Positions 28,305 to 37,363 of a stretch of DNA of 64,000 nt are shown here, piece after piece (positions within the stretch are counted from its first letter, which is position 1; each line of letters opens with the position of its first letter). The stretch spans positions 74,189 through 138,188 of the forward strand of contig CAZWJT010000006.1 in NCBI GenBank assembly GCA_964634935.1, read 5' to 3'. The stretch is from an uncultured Planctomycetia bacterium. GTDB taxonomy: Bacteria; Omnitrophota; Gorgyraeia; Duberdicusellales; Duberdicusellaceae. The notes under the pieces were generated by a model. The model did not search any database. It worked only from the letters and a program-made list of their open reading frames with translations, and had not been told where the DNA came from. The position numbers and the translations under genes are program-made.

Positions 28305-29480
28305 ATGAAGAAATTCTTAGAAGGTTCAATGGCGATTGCGGAAGCCGCGAAATTATGCAGGCCGGGAGTGGTTTCTGCATATCCGATTACTCCGCAAACC
28401 CATATTGTAGAACATCTTGCGCAATTCGTTGCCGATGGCGATTTAAAGGCGGAATCGATTAATGTCGAGAGTGAACATTCGGCAGCCTCAGTTGTGCTGG
28501 GTTCCGAAGCGGTAGGAGTCCGAAGTTTTACGGCAACGAGCTCCCAGGGGTTGTTTCTTATGGCTGAAGTCGTTTTTAATATTTCAGGGATGCGGCTTCC
28601 GATACTTATGGTTTGCGCTAATCGCGCAATCTCTGCCCCCATTAATATCTGGAATGATCAGCAGGATTCAATTTCCCTGCGTGATGCTGGCTGGATTCAA
28701 TTCTATGCCGAAAACAACCAAGAGGCGATCGATCTGATAATCGCTGGATATAAAATCGGAGAGAATCCGAAAGTGATGCTTCCTGTTATGGTATGCGTTG
28801 ATGGGTTTATTTTGACGCACGGCATGGAAACCGTTGATATGCCTTCACAGGAGAGCGTGGATGCATTCCTTCCTTCCTATAATCCTCCGTTTAAACTTGA
28901 TGTGGAGAACCCCATGAGTCTTGGATTGCTGGGTGATCCTTCCATCTATATGGAAAATAGATACGCTTTGCATAAAACGCTAGAAGAGACAATTCCTTTC
29001 ATCGGAAAGATTGGAAATGAATTTAAGTCTGCTTTCGGCCGGGAGAGTGTCCGGTTGGTTGAAGAATATAAACTTTCAGATGCGGATACGGCGATCATCG
29101 CTATGGGTTCAGTTTGCGGAACAATTAAAGACGTTATTGATCAACAGCGCAGCAAGGGAAAGAAAGTCGGGCTTTTAAAAATCGTCTCATTCAGGCCGTT
29201 TCCCAGGGAAGCAATCAATACGGCTTTAAAGCATATTTCTACGGTTGCAGTAGTTGATAAAAATATTTCTTTGGGAGCAGACGGAGCTTTATACACCGAG
29301 GTAAAGTCTCTTTGTACCAGTGAGAAGAAAGTCAGTGGTTTTGTCGCCGGCCTTGGTGGACGTGATATTTCAACGGCGATGATTGAGCAGATTATTCAGA
29401 GTGCGCAAAAAGAAGAAAAGAGTTGTACTTTTATCGGGTTAAATAATTCATTACTTTGGGAGGAGTTTCGTGCAACCTGA
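28305..29480 (+). CDS. porA: Pyruvate:ferredoxin oxidoreductase, alpha subunit
   Basis: GSMAIAEAAKLCRPGVVSAYPITPQTHIVE... Confidence 0.9.
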   Translation: MKKFLEGSMAIAEAAKLCRPGVVSAYPITPQTHIVEHLAQFVADGDLKAESINVESEHSAASVVLGSEAVGVRSFTATSSQGLFLMAEVVFNISGMRLPILMVCANRAISAPINIWNDQQDSISLRDAGWIQFYAENNQEAIDLIIAGYKIGENPKVMLPVMVCVDGFILTHGMETVDMPSQESVDAFLPSYNPPFKLDVENPMSLGLLGDPSIYMENRYALHKTLEETIPFIGKIGNEFKSAFGRESVRLVEEYKLSDADTAIIAMGSVCGTIKDVIDQQRSKGKKVGLLKIVSFRPFPREAINTALKHISTVAVVDKNISLGADGALYTEVKSLCTSEKKVSGFVAGLGGRDISTAMIEQIIQSAQKEEKSCTFIGLNNSLLWEEFRAT

Positions 29481-30378
29481 GCGAGAACATTTCATCGAGC
29501 AAAATTTTGTTTCCGGGCATACGGCATGTCCCGGATGCGGGCAGTCGATGGCGGCGCGCATCGTTGTTAATGTAGCAGGAAAAAATACGATGATTACCAA
29601 TGCCACCGGATGCCTTGAAGTTTTTTCTACAAAGGCGCCAGAAACTTCCTGGGGGGTTCCCTGGATACATTCTCTTTTTGAAAATGCCGCAGCCGTCGCA
29701 AGCGGCGTTGAGGCAGGATTACGTTTTTTAGGAAAGATTGATGCAGTACGCGTTATCGCTCAGGGCGGCGATGGAGGAACCGGTGATATTGGACTTCAAG
29801 CGCTTTCTGGGATGCTTGAACGTGGACACGACGTTCTCTATGTCTGCTATGATAATGAGGCTTACATGAATACCGGGATACAGCGCAGCGGGCTTACGCC
29901 ATTTTCAGCGAATACTACTACATCTCCGACTGGACAGAAATCTTTAGGGAATCCTCAACAAAAGAAACCACTTGTTGAAATCTGCGCCGCGCATCATATT
30001 CCTTATGCCGCATCTAGCTCAGTCGCCTATCCTCAAGATATCCAAAATAAGGTAAAAAAAGCGCTTTCGATTCGTGGGCCAAAGTTTTTGCAAATTCATG
30101 TTCCTTGCCCGCTTGGTTGGAGCGCTGATTCTTCTCTCACCATTGAATTGGCCAAGCTTGCCGTTGAAACCGGCCTTTATCCTTTAATTGAATATGAATA
30201 TGGAAAGCTTGTGCGTGTGCGTAAGCTTATTACCCCAAAACCAGTTGAGGAATATCTCTCAAAACAGGGGCGCTTCCGCCATGTCCTTAAGGATCTTGAG
30301 AAAATTAAGAATGTCCAGGAATCCGCGAATAAGAATATTGAATATTACGGGTTGAGACAAACCGAGAAAACCATATAA
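29470..30378 (+). CDS. porB: Pyruvate:ferredoxin oxidoreductase, beta subunit (TPP-binding)
   Basis: CPGCGQS...GDGGTGDIGLQAL...YDNEAYMNTGIQRS. Confidence 0.9.
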   Translation: MQPEREHFIEQNFVSGHTACPGCGQSMAARIVVNVAGKNTMITNATGCLEVFSTKAPETSWGVPWIHSLFENAAAVASGVEAGLRFLGKIDAVRVIAQGGDGGTGDIGLQALSGMLERGHDVLYVCYDNEAYMNTGIQRSGLTPFSANTTTSPTGQKSLGNPQQKKPLVEICAAHHIPYAASSSVAYPQDIQNKVKKALSIRGPKFLQIHVPCPLGWSADSSLTIELAKLAVETGLYPLIEYEYGKLVRVRKLITPKPVEEYLSKQGRFRHVLKDLEKIKNVQESANKNIEYYGLRQTEKTI

Positions 30379-30386
30379 GGAGGCTC

Positions 30387-30575
30387 ATGATGACAAAGAT
30401 AACTATTGATGAAAGTCTCTGTGTTGGATGCGGGTTGTGCGTGAATGCATGCGCTGAGTGTTTCGAGCTTTCAGATGAGGGGATTGCGAAAGTAAAAGCC
30501 CAGGAATGTAAGAATTGTGATATTCAGGAAGTTGCTTCGCAATGTCCGGTAAACGCAATTATTGTTGAGGAATAA
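30387..30575 (+). CDS. Small ferredoxin
   Basis: CVGCGLCVNACAECF ... CKNCDIQEVASQCP. Confidence 0.75.
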   Translation: MMTKITIDESLCVGCGLCVNACAECFELSDEGIAKVKAQECKNCDIQEVASQCPVNAIIVEE

Positions 30576-31974
30576 CTGAAAGTTTACTTTCCTTAATTAT
30601 TTCTTCGATAATCTTCTGTTGTTCGGAAAGCTTTTTATATTCAAGTATTTTTGCGGCAAATTCCGCCTTTTCTCGAGCGAACTTTTCCAGATCCAAAGGC
30701 TTAAAATCGATTAATTGCACTACGTAGATACCTTGTTGCAGCTGTAATGGTTTTAAGAGTATTTCCTTCATTTTCAACTTAAATACTTCTTCAGAAAGTG
30801 TTGGTTCAAGCCCAATTTGCTCGAGGAACGAGCCTCGTTTAAAGAATTCAGTAGTCTTCAATTCTTTTCCTGGCAGTGTTTTTAAGGCTTCAGCGAGATT
30901 CTTGATATCTTTTTCTTGGATAAATTTGATTGTTTCTTGGGCGGCTGTTTGCGCCTGCGTAATGGCAATCTCATGCTGCATCTTGCTTTTTACCGCATCA
31001 ATAATTTCGTTTAATTCTGGTACATAGGATGATTTTTCTTCTATTTTTTCGAAAAGAATCAAACCATCTTCGGAGGCGATTGGACCTTGTACTGTAAATA
31101 AGGGAATTTCGAAAGCCAGGATATTGATCATATCCTTCCAGCCCAATCCTTTTATCGGATCTGTTTTTGAGAAAAAATCAGATATTTCAAGAGGGAGGGC
31201 AAAAGTTTCGGAAATCGTGCGCAGCGAATCTTTTTTCTGAATTGCCTGACGGATTTTTTTCAGTACCTGGGGGTTTATTTCTGTCGGAAGCTTTATATAG
31301 GATATTTTTACTTGGTTGGGCACGCGAAATGCATCCTTGTTTTTTTCATAATATGCGTTCAGTTCCGTCTCTGAAAGGCTGATGTTCGCAGCGTAGTCGT
31401 TAAACAAAAAAGGAACATACGCTATTTTTGCTTCTTCCGTCTGTTGTTGGTAGATAGTTTTTACTTCTTCGTCCGAAACGGTTATCCGCGCAACTGCTTG
31501 GGCAAGGAATTTATCCGCCAAAACAATTTCTCGAATAAAGTCTTCGAATTGACCAGGGGTTACCTGTCGCTGTTTGAGAAAGTTTAAATAGTATTGCTTC
31601 TGGAATTTTCCTCGGACAATGAACTGGGAAAGACTTGTAATCCTTGAAATCAATTCACGATCATCTACCCTTAGACGTTCTTTCCGGGCTTTTTCGACAA
31701 GAATCAAGTGTTTCCAGAGGTTACGCTCGATAGTTTTCTGGTCGATTGTTTCTACAAATTCCCGGCCATAGGTGGCAAGTAGAAAGAGTTTCATCTTTTG
31801 GAGTGCTGAGTCAAAATCTTGCGGATAGAGCGATTTATTGTAGAATTTTGCGATAGGCTGTTGGCGCTGGCTTATAAAATAAACTCCGCCCCAGAGTACG
31901 AATGACGGGATAATAATAAAAACAAGTACCCAGAGGATTTTTTTGAGATCTTTTTGTCGAACTTTCCTGAACAT
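30559..31974 (-). CDS. ppiD: Periplasmic chaperone / peptidyl-prolyl isomerase PpiD-like
   Basis: N-terminal TM anchor (ILWVLVFIIIPSFVLWGGVYFI); SurA_N-like helical domain plus parvulin-like domain; 3' end overlaps the ferredoxin gene by 17 bp (convergent). Confidence 0.7.
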   Translation of the reverse strand: MFRKVRQKDLKKILWVLVFIIIPSFVLWGGVYFISQRQQPIAKFYNKSLYPQDFDSALQKMKLFLLATYGREFVETIDQKTIERNLWKHLILVEKARKERLRVDDRELISRITSLSQFIVRGKFQKQYYLNFLKQRQVTPGQFEDFIREIVLADKFLAQAVARITVSDEEVKTIYQQQTEEAKIAYVPFLFNDYAANISLSETELNAYYEKNKDAFRVPNQVKISYIKLPTEINPQVLKKIRQAIQKKDSLRTISETFALPLEISDFFSKTDPIKGLGWKDMINILAFEIPLFTVQGPIASEDGLILFEKIEEKSSYVPELNEIIDAVKSKMQHEIAITQAQTAAQETIKFIQEKDIKNLAEALKTLPGKELKTTEFFKRGSFLEQIGLEPTLSEEVFKLKMKEILLKPLQLQQGIYVVQLIDFKPLDLEKFAREKAEFAAKILEYKKLSEQQKIIEEIIKESKLSVIPQQ

Positions 31975-32117
31975 AACAATTTTATAAATGTAGCTTCTAG
32001 ATTACTTGAATGCGCCTTTTTTGTCAAGGAAGTTTTAGGCGTTCACAACCAACTTTTTGCTTTACAAGGGTATTTTTACGGGTATAATTTAATGTCGTTC
32101 ATCGAGAATGCACCTTC

Positions 32118-33005
32118 ATGACAAAGACAAAACAGATTCTTAAACTAGGCCTTCCGAAAGGGAGCCTCCAGGAGGCAACATTTAAAATATTTGAGATGGC
32201 TGGGTTCCGGCTCGGAGCGAGCAACCGGTCATATTTTCCTTCAATCGATGATACCGAGATAGAGCCGGTATTGATGCGTGCCCAGGAAATGTCAAGATAT
32301 GTTGAAGACGGGGTTCTTGACTGCGGGATTACCGGCCACGATTGGATTCTCGAAAACAATTCAGATGTTATTGAGCTTACAGAACTTCGCTACGCAAAAA
32401 GAACTTTGCGGCCAGTTCGCTGGGTCGTCGCAGTCCGCGAGTCTTCTCCAATAAAAACCTTCCAAGATCTTGCCGGAAAACGCATTGCCACGGAACTGGT
32501 AAATTATACAAAGTCATTCTTGAAGAAACAAAAAGTTAAGGCGGAAGTCGAATTTAGCTGGGGAGCTACGGAGGTAAAGGTTGCGGCTGGGCTCGTTGAC
32601 GCGATTGTAGAACTTACTGAAACAGGATCATCTCTCCGTGCGAACAACCTGCGCGAGATCGGGACTATCTGTTCTTCGACTACAAAGTTTATCGCCAACA
32701 AACAGGCGTATCAGAATAGTTGGAAGAAAAAGAAGATGGAGTATATTGAATTGCTTTTGAAGGGTGCGATTGAGGCATACGGGAAGGTCGGCATTAAACT
32801 GAACGTAGAAAAAAGGAATTTAGAAAAAATTTTGAGCAGCCTCCCTGCTTTAAAAAAACCTACCGTTTCTTCTCTTTCTACGCCTGATTGGTTTGCCGTT
32901 GAGGTTATCGTGAGCGAAGAAGAAGTGAAACGATTGATTGTTCGGCTGAAGGAAGAGGGGGCTCAGGGGATCGTAGAGTATCCCTTAAACAAGATAATTT
33001 ATTAA
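32118..33005 (+). CDS. hisG: ATP phosphoribosyltransferase (long form)
   Basis: MTKTKQILKLGLPKGSLQEATFKIFEMAGF...; about 295 aa with C-terminal regulatory domain. Confidence 0.85.
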   Translation: MTKTKQILKLGLPKGSLQEATFKIFEMAGFRLGASNRSYFPSIDDTEIEPVLMRAQEMSRYVEDGVLDCGITGHDWILENNSDVIELTELRYAKRTLRPVRWVVAVRESSPIKTFQDLAGKRIATELVNYTKSFLKKQKVKAEVEFSWGATEVKVAAGLVDAIVELTETGSSLRANNLREIGTICSSTTKFIANKQAYQNSWKKKKMEYIELLLKGAIEAYGKVGIKLNVEKRNLEKILSSLPALKKPTVSSLSTPDWFAVEVIVSEEEVKRLIVRLKEEGAQGIVEYPLNKIIY

Positions 33006-33020
33006 CCCTTCGAGGTAGTT

Positions 33021-33110
33021 ATGCCGTGTGGAAAAAAAAGAAAACTACGCAAGGTTAAGCGGCACTGGTTTAAGAAAAGAAGAAAACAACAGCGCCACAA
33101 GAACAAGTAA
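33021..33110 (+). CDS. Putative 29-aa highly basic small protein
   Basis: GAGGT Shine-Dalgarno 5 nt before ATG 33021; MPCGKKRKLRKVKRHWFKKRRKQQRHKNK*; not in the ORF track because of its length. Confidence 0.3.
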   Translation: MPCGKKRKLRKVKRHWFKKRRKQQRHKNK

Positions 33111-33136
33111 CCTCTGCGCTGAACAAAACTTTCCTT

Positions 33137-34123
33137 ATGATGCAAAGATGGGGAAAATTGGGTGTGGGTTTTTTATGCACACTCTTACCGGTATGCGTTT
33201 TTGCGTTCTCGCAAGATAGCGTAAAATCCGTTTCTCGTGCGTATGCTTTTTATTTGCGGGGGCTCATGGCCGATTACTATGCGCAACCAAAAGAAGCACT
33301 TGAAGAATATCTCAAGGTAAAGAATTTTGATAAAAACTCTCTGTCTGCGCGTTTACGACTCGCTGCTTCATACGTCAAGCTTAATCAGTATGATCAAGCA
33401 GTAAATATCCTGAAAGAGGCAAAAGATCTCGATCAAGATAGCCTTGATGCTTCCGTCTTGCTTGTTCTTATCTATACCGCGGAAGGAAAGAATGATGAGG
33501 CGAACGAGGAGTATGAGTCGTTTCTGCGGAAAGCGCACAAACTGAACCCTGAAAATCTGAAGATTTTAGAGTATCTGGCGCAATTTAAGTTTCAACAGGG
33601 ACAGAAAAAAGACGCCGTTTTGTTGTATCGCCAGATTTTACGGGAAAATCCCCAATATGCAGACGGTTATTTTTGGCTTGGTTACATGTTTGAAGATACG
33701 GGGCGGCGTGCTTCGGCGATCATCTGCTGGAAGAAAACCCTTCTTCTTTCTCCGCAGCATCCAGACGCTCTGAATTCTTTAGGATATGTCTATGCGGAAG
33801 AAGGGAGAAACCTTAAGAAAGCAGAGCGCATGCTCAAAAAGGCGCTAGAGGTTTCTCCTCAAAATCCAGCGTATTTGGACAGCTTAGGTTGGATTTATTT
33901 TCATCAAGGTGATTATATACAAGCTGAGCAGTATGTACATCAAGCAAGCATGCTCCTGAAAGATCCGGTTATTTTTGATCACCTCGGTGACATTTATCAG
34001 AAACTCGGCGAAACTCAAAAGGCAATAGAAAGCTGGGAGGTGGCTTTTTCTTTCGAAACTCCCGATAAACAAAAAATAGCTCAAAAGATCGAAGGATTGA
34101 AAAATGCAAGACATGGCTTCTGA
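33137..34123 (+). CDS. Secreted TPR-repeat protein
   Basis: Signal peptide plus repeated TPR signatures (W-LG-Y, A...F...AL...P). Confidence 0.8.
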   Translation: MMQRWGKLGVGFLCTLLPVCVFAFSQDSVKSVSRAYAFYLRGLMADYYAQPKEALEEYLKVKNFDKNSLSARLRLAASYVKLNQYDQAVNILKEAKDLDQDSLDASVLLVLIYTAEGKNDEANEEYESFLRKAHKLNPENLKILEYLAQFKFQQGQKKDAVLLYRQILRENPQYADGYFWLGYMFEDTGRRASAIICWKKTLLLSPQHPDALNSLGYVYAEEGRNLKKAERMLKKALEVSPQNPAYLDSLGWIYFHQGDYIQAEQYVHQASMLLKDPVIFDHLGDIYQKLGETQKAIESWEVAFSFETPDKQKIAQKIEGLKNARHGF

Positions 34124-34931
34124 AATAAAACTACTTGAACAGAAGGCTCGTTACATACGTAAGCTCATTGTTGAAATGATTTTTAAAGCAGGGAGTGGTC
34201 ATCCTGGAGGTTCTTTGTCTCTTGCAGATATTTTGACCTGTCTTTATTTCTCGGTAATGCGTCACGATCCTAGCAATCCGACTTGGCCTGAGCGCGACCG
34301 TTTCCATCTCTCGAAAGGACATGCTTGTCCTGCTTGGTATGCTGTTCTTGCCTGCGCTGGGTATTTCCCGGAATCGCATCTTTGGACTTTGCGCAAATTA
34401 GGCAGTATTCTCCAGGGCCATCCGGATAAACACACTCCTGGAATTGATGTGGCGAGTGGTTCGCTTGGGCAAGGGCTTTCTGTGGCGCTTGGCATAGCGT
34501 TGGCTGGAAAACTTGATCAGAAAAATCATCGTGTATATTGTGCCTTAGGTGACGGCGAATTACAGGAAGGAAATGTATGGGAAGCTGCAATGGCCGCCGC
34601 GCATTTTGGTGCACATAATCTCTGTGCGATTGTTGACCACAATCGGTTTCAGATTGACGGGCAGGTTGAGAGTGTTATGAGTATTCATCCGCTTCCTGAG
34701 AAATGGAAATCATTTGGGTGGCATGTTCTCGAAATTGACGGGCATTCTTTCGAGGAAATTTTATGTGCTTTTCGTTCCGCCCAGGGAGTTCTAAATGCAC
34801 CTACGGTTATCATCGCTTCTACAACAAAAGGGAAGGGAGTATCACTCATGGAGAATGTTCTTGATTTTCACGGAAGAGCTCCCACGAAAGAAGAAAGAGA
34901 GCGCGCTATTCAGGAGCTTTCCAAAGATTAA
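34104..34931 (+). CDS. Transketolase, N-terminal (TPP-binding) subunit
   Basis: GSGHPGGSLSLADILTCLYF...GDGELQEGNVWEA. Confidence 0.9.
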   Translation: MQDMASEIKLLEQKARYIRKLIVEMIFKAGSGHPGGSLSLADILTCLYFSVMRHDPSNPTWPERDRFHLSKGHACPAWYAVLACAGYFPESHLWTLRKLGSILQGHPDKHTPGIDVASGSLGQGLSVALGIALAGKLDQKNHRVYCALGDGELQEGNVWEAAMAAAHFGAHNLCAIVDHNRFQIDGQVESVMSIHPLPEKWKSFGWHVLEIDGHSFEEILCAFRSAQGVLNAPTVIIASTTKGKGVSLMENVLDFHGRAPTKEERERAIQELSKD

Positions 34932-34940
34932 GAGGATATT

Positions 34941-35891
34941 ATGAAACCAGGAGATATGCTGTATACCCGAGATGTGTATGGGAACACTTTGTGCGAATTG
35001 GGTCAGAGTGACCCCAATGTGGTAGTATGCGATGCTGATCTTTCCAGCTCAACAAGAACCGCATTATTTGGGCGCGCGTTCCCCGAGAGGTTTTTTAATT
35101 TCGGTATTGCTGAGCAGAATATGATGGCGACGGCAGCAGGATTGGCAAGTTGCGGAAAAGTAGTTTTTGTCTCAACTTTTGCTATGTTTGCCACCGCCAG
35201 GGTTCTCGACCAAATAAGGAACAGCATTTGTTATAATAATTGTAACGTTAAGATTGTTGCAACTCATGCCGGGTTAACCGTTGGGGAAGATGGTTCTTCG
35301 CATCAGGCGCTTGAAGATATTTCTTTTTTGCGTTCTCTTCCGAATATGAAAGTCATCGTGCCTTCAGATCCTTCTGAGACCGCAGAAGCGATTCTTTGCG
35401 CCCATAAGACTCAAGGCCCATTCTATATCCGCTTAGGTCGTGCTAAGACTGAGGTTCTTGTTCGGCCTGCCCCTTTTGCGCTCGGTAAGAGCATGATTCT
35501 GGCTGAAGGTTCCGAAGTCTGTATCGTTGCGTGTGGAATAATGGTGAAACAAGCTTTGCTTGCTCGAGAGCTTCTGCTGCAAAAGAAAATGCATCCTTAC
35601 GTCGTGGCCATGCCCTCTATTAAGCCGTTTGATCAAGAGGCGATTCTGAAGATTGCACGGAAGGTGAAAGGGTTTGTAACCTGCGAAGAACACAGTATTC
35701 TTGGAGGTCTTGGTTCTACTCTCTGTGAAGTGCTTGCGGAATTTTGTCCCCGTCCGGTTCTTCGTATCGGAACCAAAGATATTTTTGGTCAATCTGGAGC
35801 ACCGGAATTGCTACTGAAAGAATACGGGTTGACTCCAGAGCACATTGCAGCTTCAGCCGAGCGTATATTTTTAGCAAGCGACGGACAGTAA
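34941..35891 (+). CDS. Transketolase, C-terminal (pyrimidine-binding) subunit
   Basis: FGIAEQNMMATAAGLA...THAGLTVGEDGSSHQALEDI. Confidence 0.9.
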   Translation: MKPGDMLYTRDVYGNTLCELGQSDPNVVVCDADLSSSTRTALFGRAFPERFFNFGIAEQNMMATAAGLASCGKVVFVSTFAMFATARVLDQIRNSICYNNCNVKIVATHAGLTVGEDGSSHQALEDISFLRSLPNMKVIVPSDPSETAEAILCAHKTQGPFYIRLGRAKTEVLVRPAPFALGKSMILAEGSEVCIVACGIMVKQALLARELLLQKKMHPYVVAMPSIKPFDQEAILKIARKVKGFVTCEEHSILGGLGSTLCEVLAEFCPRPVLRIGTKDIFGQSGAPELLLKEYGLTPEHIAASAERIFLASDGQ

Positions 35892-35913
35892 AAACGGTTT
35901 ACCGCGCGGTAAT

Positions 35914-36771
35914 ATGTCTTTTCCCTTGAGAAAACTCACCTTTTTCGCGCCTGCGAAGATAAATCTTTATCTCAATGTGCTTGGTAAAAGGCCCGATGGT
36001 TTTCATGAGCTTGTAAGCCTCATGGAAAGGGTATCTTTGTTCGACCGGCTTACGATTTGTCTTCGAAAGGAAAAGGGGATAAAGTTGCGATGTGATATTC
36101 ATGAATTAGAGAATAAGAAAAACATTGTTTTTCGGGCTCTGGTATTGTTGCACGAGCGTTTTCGGTTGTCATGCGGTTTTTCCGTTTTTCTCCGGAAGAG
36201 AATTCCTCCGGGTTCCGGATTGGGAGGAGCTTCAAGTGACGCCGCCGCTACTATTGAGTTGGTTAACAAGCTTTGTCGCTTGCGTCTTACCCGGCAAGAA
36301 AAATACTCGATAGGAGAGTGCCTTGGGAGCGACGTTAATTTTTTCCTTTCAGGGGCTTCTTTTGCCTTTGTTTTTGGGAGAGGCGAGCAGATTCAACCAG
36401 TAAAAACTCGTCTCAGAATAAGCCATTTGCTCATTTTTCCTGGAAAACCTTGTTTCACAAAACTTGTCTATGGTGCGTATAAAGTAGGATTGACAAAGTA
36501 TCTCGAGAATGTTAAACTTATTCAGCATTGTCTCCTTACCAACGATGGGCGGCTTTTGCAAAAGACTGTCTTTAACTCGCTGACAAATGCCGCGATTTCA
36601 GTATGCGGCAGAATCAACGATATTTTTGAGCGTCTCGCCGCAATCCCGAATATTACCTATGGGATAAGCGGAAGTGGATCTGCAATTTTTGTGATTGGAG
36701 AAAATTTAACATCCGTGCGAAAGGTACTGAAACGCGAGCAAATTCTTTTTCGGGAAGTCGTTACCGTCTAA
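35914..36771 (+). CDS. ispE: 4-diphosphocytidyl-2-C-methyl-D-erythritol kinase
   Basis: PAKINLYLNVLGKRPDGFHEL...PPGSGLGGASSDAAA (GHMP kinase motif). Confidence 0.85.
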   Translation: MSFPLRKLTFFAPAKINLYLNVLGKRPDGFHELVSLMERVSLFDRLTICLRKEKGIKLRCDIHELENKKNIVFRALVLLHERFRLSCGFSVFLRKRIPPGSGLGGASSDAAATIELVNKLCRLRLTRQEKYSIGECLGSDVNFFLSGASFAFVFGRGEQIQPVKTRLRISHLLIFPGKPCFTKLVYGAYKVGLTKYLENVKLIQHCLLTNDGRLLQKTVFNSLTNAAISVCGRINDIFERLAAIPNITYGISGSGSAIFVIGENLTSVRKVLKREQILFREVVTV

Positions 36772-36785
36772 ACAAGGAGGTCAGC

Positions 36786-37214
36786 GTGGAAATCACAGAA
36801 GTCAGAGTCGCTCTTAAGGAAAGTGGCAACAAGAAACTGAAAGCCTATACAACGGTTACATTTGATAATTGTTTTGTGGTGCGTAATATAAAAGTCATTG
36901 AGGGAAACAGCGGTTTATTTGTTGCGATGCCTTCAAAGAAAGCAAAGCAATTTTGTTCTCGTTGCGGGAAAAAAACAGACGTAAACAATAAGTACTGCGG
37001 TCAATGCGGTTCTCAACTTCCGCCGCCGCCGCGTGAGACTGAAAAAGATCAAAACCAGCAGATGTACCAGGACATTGCGCATCCAATTAACCAGCAATTT
37101 CGTGACTACCTGCAGAAACGGGTACTTGAGGAGTATCACAGCGAGCAAGAAAAAGGGAAAAGCCAGTCTTCTTCTGCTGAACATCCTCTGGATGATGCCG
37201 AGGATGAAGCATAG
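36786..37214 (+). CDS. spoVG: SpoVG-family protein with an inserted CxxC...CxxC zinc ribbon
   Basis: MEITEVRVAL...GLFVAMPSKK | FCSRCGKKTDVNNKYCGQCGSQL... | YQDIAHPINQQFRDYLQKRVLEEYH. The canonical SpoVG blocks are present with an insertion of about 45 aa. GTG start with AAGGAGG RBS. Confidence 0.75.
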   Translation: MEITEVRVALKESGNKKLKAYTTVTFDNCFVVRNIKVIEGNSGLFVAMPSKKAKQFCSRCGKKTDVNNKYCGQCGSQLPPPPRETEKDQNQQMYQDIAHPINQQFRDYLQKRVLEEYHSEQEKGKSQSSSAEHPLDDAEDEA

Positions 37215-37256
37215 TTGCGTTCCTCGCTTTTAAGAATACTAAATAGCAATATTTCT

Positions 37257-37327
37257 TGCCCGGTGGTGTAATGGTAACACAGCAGAATTTGGATCTGCTT
37301 TTTGAGGTTCGAATCCTCACCGGGCAG
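37257..37327 (+). tRNA. tRNA-Gln (anticodon UUG)
   Basis: Manually folded cloverleaf: acceptor TGCCCGG/CCGGGCA, D-arm GTGT-AATGGTA-ACAC, anticodon stem GCAGA/TCTGC with loop ATTTGGA, T-arm TGAGG-TTCGAAT-CCTCA, discriminator G; no encoded CCA. Confidence 0.8.
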
Positions 37328-37363
37328 TTACGAAGCGTAGAGGAATAGTTTTATCAGGGCATA

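Noticed and set aside
30559-30575. 17-bp overlap of the convergent ferredoxin and ppiD 3' ends as a possible regulatory antisense arrangement
   Set aside because: Short convergent overlaps are common in compact genomes, and there is no extra structure to suggest function.
33028-33219. 63-codon ORF from the track in the hisG-TPR gap
   Set aside because: No RBS, and it overlaps both the better-supported 29-codon basic ORF (33021..33110, GAGGT SD) and the start of the TPR gene in another frame.
37257-37327. tRNA-Gln as a possible integration hotspot for a mobile element
   Set aside because: Both flanks are ordinary housekeeping genes (spoVG, glmU). There is no integrase, no direct repeat of the tRNA 3' end, and no compositional break that I can see.
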